DNA of 64,000 nt from Phyllobates terribilis. Its lineage: Eukaryota. The notes under the pieces were generated by a model. That model made no database searches. It saw nothing but the letters and a program-made list of their open reading frames with translations, and was not told the origin of the DNA. Of the stretch, positions 58,460 through 64,000 are shown piece after piece (the stretch's first letter is position 1; each line of letters begins with the position of its first letter). The DNA lies in NCBI RefSeq assembly GCF_046119375.1, contig NW_027362763.1:101928001-101992000 (forward strand), given 5' to 3'. The position numbers and the translations under genes were made by a program.

Positions 58460-61400
58460 ACTTTGTTACTCTGCTGTCATTTGGTGGTGATGAGAAGTCT
58501 GGCCCAATCCAGCCCTTGTTCATTTTGATAAGGGTCAGCTTGTCAGCATTGTCAGTTGACAGGCGAGTGCACTTATCAGTTATAATTCCCCCAGCGGCAC
58601 TAAAAACACGCTCCGATAACACGCTAGCGGCAGGGCAGGCCAGGACCTCCAAGGCGTACAGAGCGAGTTCATTCCAAGTGTCCAGCTTGGATGCCCAATA
58701 ATTAAAAGGCACAGAGGAATCACGGAGGATGCTCGTACGATCGGCAAGGTACTCCCTCACCATCTTTTGAAACTTTCACTCCTTGTGAGAGTACCCCGCG
58801 CCTCAGGGCCTGTAAGCTGGGTGGGTGTCAGAAAACTGTCCCAGAATGTTGACAGTGTTCCCCTGCCTCTGCTGGATTGGAGTTGCATATCTCTCGCCTG
58901 TACGCCTTGGTTGGGCAACGAACTGTGACCTCTGCCGCTAGCGTGTTCAGATGGGAATTTTTTTAAGAGTTCTGCAGCAAGGGCCTTCTGGTATTGCCCC
59001 ATTTTTGTAGACCTCTCCACCTCAGGAATAAGAGTGAAAGTTCTCCTTGTAGTGGGGGTCTACAAGTGTCACCAACCAGTAATGACTGTCGCCCAACATT
59101 TTGACAACGCGAGGGTCACGGTTAAGGCAGCGCAACATAAAGTCAGCCATGCGTGCCAGACTGGTAATGGGCAAGATTTCCGTGTCCTCCTCAAGATGAT
59201 GACGGACCATGCTCTCCTCGTCCTCGTCCTCCTCGTCCTCTTCCTCCTCCCCTCCGGCCACCCACGCTGAACCGACGGTATGACACTTGTACAGGTACTA
59301 CCGTCTACAACGCATGATAGCAGCTCCTGTTCTTCCTCCTCCTCCTCCTCCTCCGGGATGAGATGAGGCTGGGCTGTGTGTAATCGCCCGCTACGGCTTC
59401 TTGATCCATCTCCTCCTCCTCCTCCTCCGGGATGAGATGAGGCTGGGCTGTGTGTAATGGCCCGCTACGGCTTCTTGATCCATCTCCTCCTCCTCCTCCT
59501 CCTCCTCCTCCTCCGGGATGAGATGAGGCTGGGCTGTGTGTAATCACCCGCTACGGCTTCTTGATCCATCTCCTCCTCCTCCTCCTCCGGGATGAGATGA
59601 GGCTGGGCTGTGTGTAATCGCCCGCTACGGCTTCTTGATCCATCTCATCATACTCTGGCTGTAATGCCTCCTCTTTAATTCTCTGCAGAGAGCATTGCAA
59701 AAGACAGACAAGTGGGATGCTGACACTAATGATGGCGTCATCGCCACTCACCATCTTGGTGGCCTCCTCAAAGTTTGTCAGGATGGTACATATGTCAGAC
59801 ATCCAGGTCCATTCCTGAGGTCTTATGTGTGGAGTCTGACCTGAATATCGACGGCCTTGTTACAGCTGGTACTCCACAACTGCTCTCTTCTGCTCACAAA
59901 TCCTTTGCAACATGTGGAGGGTAGAGTTCCAACGTGTGGGGACATCACACACCAGTCGGTGTGCCGGAAGCTGCAAATGCTGCTGCAACACAGCAAGGGC
60001 GGAGGGAAGCTGTAGCCGACTTGCGAAAATGAGCTGACAGGCGGCGTACTTTCACGAGCAGATCTGGCAACTCTGGGTACGATTTAAGAAACCGCTGAAC
60101 CACGAGGTTAAGCACATGAGCCAGGCATGGTATGTGTGGGATCTCGCCTCGCCTCAGAGCCGACACCAGGTTACAGTCATTGTCACACACGACCATGCCG
60201 GGATGTAGGTTCAGCGGTCTCAGCCACAGATCTGCCTGCTCTTTCACAGCTGTCCACAACTCACAAGCAGTGTGAGGTTTATCACCTAAGCTTATGAGTT
60301 TCAGCACAGCCTGTTGCCGCTTGGCGGAGGCAGTACTGCAATGCTTCCAGCTTGTAACTGATGTGGTGATATCTGAGATGGAGGCTGAACATGAGGAGGA
60401 GGAGGAGGAGGATGCGCAGGAGCTGTACACTGTGGGGGCAACTCTGACTGACATAGGGCCCGCAATCCTCAGTGTGGGGAGGATGTGTTCCGTCCCAAGG
60501 TCCGACTGGGTCCCGGCTTCCACTATGTTTACCCAGTGTGCCGTCAGGGAGATGTACCGTCCCTGGCCACAAGCACTTGTCCACGTGTCTGTTGTCAGGT
60601 GGACTCTCCCAGTAACTGCGTTGAGGGCACGGCAGATGCTTTGGGACACGTGCTTGTGTAGTGCGGGGATGGCACACCGGGCAAAATGGTGTCGGCTGGG
60701 GACCGAGTACCGAGGGACGGCCACCGCCATAAGATTGCAGAAGGATTCCATCTCCACCAGCCTAAAAGGCAGCATTTCCAATGCAAGCAGTCGTGAAATG
60801 TGCGAATTTAGGACTGTGGCCTGTGGGGCGTTAGCTGCGAATTTCCACTTTCGTTCAAAGGTCTGGGATATGGACAATTGAACGCTGTGGTGGGATGTGG
60901 ACGTTGATGCTGTTTCTTGAGAAACTGCCATAACAAGTGAAGACTGAGAGGAGGGGGCATCTTTACATGCAGTATGGACAGGGGATTGCCTTGCACACAC
61001 AACAGGGGGTTCTATTGCACGCACAACAGTGGAAGAAGCAGTGGTGACACCCGCTGACACTGGTCGTGGACCCTGGGTTTCGCCCCACAGTCGGGTGCTT
61101 TGCTGCCATGTGCCTGATCATGCTGGTGGTGGTCAGGCTGGTAGTTTTGTCACCCCTGCTGATGCTGGCATGGCAGGTGGAACATATGCCTTTTTGGGGT
61201 TATCAGCAGAGTCTTTAAAAAAATTCCAGACTCTGGAAGACCTACCGCTTGTACTGGCAACGTCCCTCGTGTTGGTGTTACGGGGAATGGTTGCCTGCCT
61301 TCTGTCTGCGACCACCACACTGCTTCTTCCTGCCTGTTGGGGTACTCTACCCCCCCTTGTGTGCTGCTGGCCTCACTCTGCATGTCCTCCTTCCACGTTG

Positions 61401-62021
61401 GGTCAGTTACTAGATCATCCACCACCTCCTCCTCCTCTTCCACTTGCGCACCACGATCCTCCTCCTCACTTCCTGGCAATTGTGTCTCGTCATCGTCCAT
61501 CTCTTGTGACAGATTGCCAACGTCGACTTCCTGTGGCCTGGCTGTTCTAATATTTGGGCATCGCAACATGGGATCTCCTCTTAAACCACTTCAAGCGTAT
61601 CAGGCGAGGGGCCCAAATATGGAAATGGACCAGTGAACAGCAATTCAGAGTGTCCAAGTGTGGGATCACTTGCTGTCTGACGACACTCGGCATGGTGGGA
61701 GGAAGGAGCATCAGGGTGAGGAGGAGTATGCAGTCGAGACTCATGGCTACTAAGAGTTGACCGTTTGGAAGACAGACCGGAGGTGGTGGTGCCCAGGTAA
61801 CTGGAAGTATTGTCTGCTATCCAATTAATAACCTGTTCACACTGATCAGTTCTCAATACTGGTGTTGTTCTGTGCTTCCCTAGTAATTCGGTCAAGAAGT
61901 GGGAGCGAGAAGATGTGGCTGATGGTTGTGGCACATTTTCACCTTGGCCACGGCCCCGTCCTCTGCACAAACCATCACCAGAACGTCCACTTCCACGTCC
62001 CTTGCCACGCGCCTTGCCCAT
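58460..62021 (-). pseudogene. hAT transposase pseudogene (copy 3 family)
   Basis: MGKARGKGRG start; RVWNFF, VHLTTDTWTS, VCDND, PCLAHVLNL, ASVLSERVFSAAGG spread over several frames. Confidence 0.88.
59325..59645. repeat. Minisatellite in the transposase acidic region: 4 cores with variable (CTC)n, periods 74/86/74 bp
   Basis: Core CGGGATGAGATGAGGCTGGGCTGTGTGTAAT...CTTGATCCAT starts at 59354, 59428, 59514 and 59588. Confidence 0.9.
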
Positions 62022-62089
62022 TGTAAATGAAGTAAAATAGCTTACACTTGCACTGTCAATGGAAAAAGGGTAATAAAGAGTAGATTAGA

Positions 62090-62570
62090 ACCGTGGAAGG
62101 GGAAAACCACAGTTATTGTTTACTGGGGTATACCACACTTTTTAAATAGAGATATTTGTGGCTGAACAGTGAGTGACACACTCAAACTGCTTTTGGATAG
62201 TACAGCGATTTGACCCATGGAACTGCGAAACCACACTGGGATGTCGGGCCTACACAAGACTATTTTCAACAGATATATTTTTGTGTCACAACAGTCAGGA
62301 GACACTACTGTTTTTCTTTACGGAAAAAACTACCAAAAGCTGAATAATAGAGATTATTTACCGTGGGATGGCAAAACCACAGTTCTTGTTTACTAGGGTA
62401 TACCACACTTTTTTAAATAGAGATATTTGCGGCTGAACTCAAACTGCTTTTTTTTTTTAGATACCAAAGGCCCAAAACTGGATAGTACAGAGGTTTGAAC
62501 CGTGGAAGTGCAAAACACTTCGGTTTCTCTAGCCTACACCAGACTATTTTCAACAGTTATATTTGTGTCT
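62090..62570. repeat. ~270-bp tandem duplication upstream of the copy 3 transposase
   Basis: ACCGTGG...AAAACCACAGTT...TATACCACACTTTTTAAATAGAGATATTTG at ~62090 and ~62360. Confidence 0.7.
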
Positions 62571-63290
62571 GAAAAATCAGAGACACGCTTTTTTTTTTTG
62601 GGGGGGGGACACACCAAAAGGTTAATAAGATGGGTATTTGTACAGTGTGAAGGAGGAAAAAAAAAGAGGATTTAGATGAAAAAAAAAGGATTTTTTCCTG
62701 GCCCCTGACACCTGGTGCGAAGTCCAGCAATTTCAGCAACAGGAGCACACAGGACTGTAATGCAGCGTTTGCTGGTATAACCACTGTGTCTCCTATACAG
62801 CCTGCCTGCCTGGTATCTGGGATGGATATTAGTCCTGAAAAGGACTTTGTGTTTGTTCTGGCAGCCTTTACAGACCCTACACTAACTATTTTGCAGTTTA
62901 TATCTCTCCCTAAATCAGCAGCGCTGTCCCTACACTGTCTAATCCGGAGCGACTGTGTCCATGATGGCGGCGCCCCGTTTTAAATACTCGAGGTGACGCT
63001 GTGCGGCCAGCCAATCACTGTAATGCCCACAACCAACATGGCTGCAGCATTACAGTGACTGGCTGGCAATCCCTGCATGTTCATTGTAAAGAGCGCCAAA
63101 CATGCAGGGCGGAGACCCGAGCTCCCGCCCGAGTAACCCGGAAATGCTCGGTGCTCGCCGAACATCCCGAGTAGCGTGATGCTCGGGCGAGTACCGAGCA
63201 GTGTCGAGCATGTTCGCTCAACACTAGTCCTTGTGCTTTCAAGAAACTTGCATTGGAATTTCATTCATCAACCTTGTTTCCCCAAAAGTT

Positions 63291-64000
63291 ATGGCTTTGC
63301 GCAAGTGTATTAATTCGTCTGACCGTTTGTTTCATTTGTGCTGAATATACAGTGTTGAATCAACAGCTGAATATTACAGACTTTGTGAAAAAAAGTATAC
63401 TTTGCATACTTCGAACTAAAACTTGGAGATCAAGATAAAGTTTGGGCACCTCATAAAGTGTGCAAATGGTGTGTTGAGAACCTCCGAAATTGGTTCAAGG
63501 GTAAGAAAAAAGCTTTCCATTATGGGATTCCTATGGTATGGTGAGAGCAACAGAACCATAGTGACAACTGTTTCTTTTGTTCATGCAATTTGAAAGGGTA
63601 TTATTCCAAATGCAAGCATTCCATTTCATGGGCCAATATTCACTCAGCAATTTGTCCCACCCCCCATGGCACAGATATACCAGTACCCAAGGCCCCTGCT
63701 ACCTTGTAAGAGATACCCAGCTCTGATGAAGGTGGAATCATACCATAACCAGATGACGAAACAAGTTCTGCCTTTGACGATGATACAAAACTATTTTTTT
63801 TTTTTCCAGGTGGAGATGATTGATTTAGTAAGAGACTTGAATCTTCCCAAAGATGCCGCTGAGTTACTCTGATCAAGGCTCAAAAGCAGGAATTTATTGT
63901 TACCAGGAGTCTTTTTCATGATTCAGATATCGTGAAAAGGAGTTTGTTCCTTACTTTGCTCAGGAAGACAAGTTAGTTTATTACATAGATTTTGAAGATT
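63291..64000 (+). pseudogene. Chapaev3-like transposase pseudogene, N-terminal part
   Basis: MALRKCINSSD..CFICAEY...LKLGDQDKVWAPHKVC...YGIPMVW*EQQNHSDNCFFC...DLVRDLNLPKDAAELL*SRLK; stops and frameshifts. Confidence 0.65.

Larger units (their letters stand above)
53744..63226 (-). mobile_element. Diverged hAT transposon copy 3 (9483 bp), dead
   Basis: TAGTGTTGAGCGAGCA / TGTTCGCTCAACACTA; TSD GTCCTTGT (53736-53743, 63227-63234); GCTCG/CGAGC subterminal arrays. Confidence 0.93.
53492..64000 (+). mobile_element. Chapaev3-like (CMC) DNA transposon, split by hAT copy 3, running off the window end
   Basis: Homology to unit 1 stops at TAA|CAC (53492); a Cys-rich transposase starts 57 bp after the hAT right TSD. 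Family call is from recalled motifs. Confidence 0.55.

Noticed and set aside
59325-59645. CRISPR-like repeat-spacer pattern
   Set aside because: The spacers are (CTC)n microsatellite, the context is eukaryotic, and there are no cas genes.

Overview
Repeat-dense vertebrate DNA, most likely anuran amphibian (inferred from the frog-type CR1/hAT/piggyBac repeats and an amphibian-like 18S V4 fragment). No intact host gene is visible. The backbone is an old tandem segmental duplication (unit 1 ~3.5-28.7 kb; unit 2 ~29.7-53.5 kb). Each unit carries a decayed SBK-like Ser/Thr kinase gene on the minus strand, and a third partial kinase copy lies at the junction. After duplication each unit was independently invaded by Tc1, CR1, solo LTRs, piggyBac-, Harbinger- and hAT-type MITEs, a Helitron and a Chapaev3-like element; most have TSDs or empty paralogous sites readable here. 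The main feature is a ~9.4-kb composite hAT transposon present twice (12378-21720; 35052-44529), near-identical but with different 8-bp TSDs and different host elements. It encodes a BED-finger hAT transposase (an uninterrupted 1225-aa ORF in copy 1, frameshifted in copy 2). It also carries fixed cargo: an 18S rRNA fragment, an L1 RT fragment split by a solo LTR, a DD37E-type Tc1 and a relic of a related transposase. A third, diverged and dead 9.5-kb hAT (53744-63226) sits inside the Chapaev3-like element. Identities and family names come from reading the sequence and recalled family motifs, not from database searches. A 482-N gap lies at 22936-23417.
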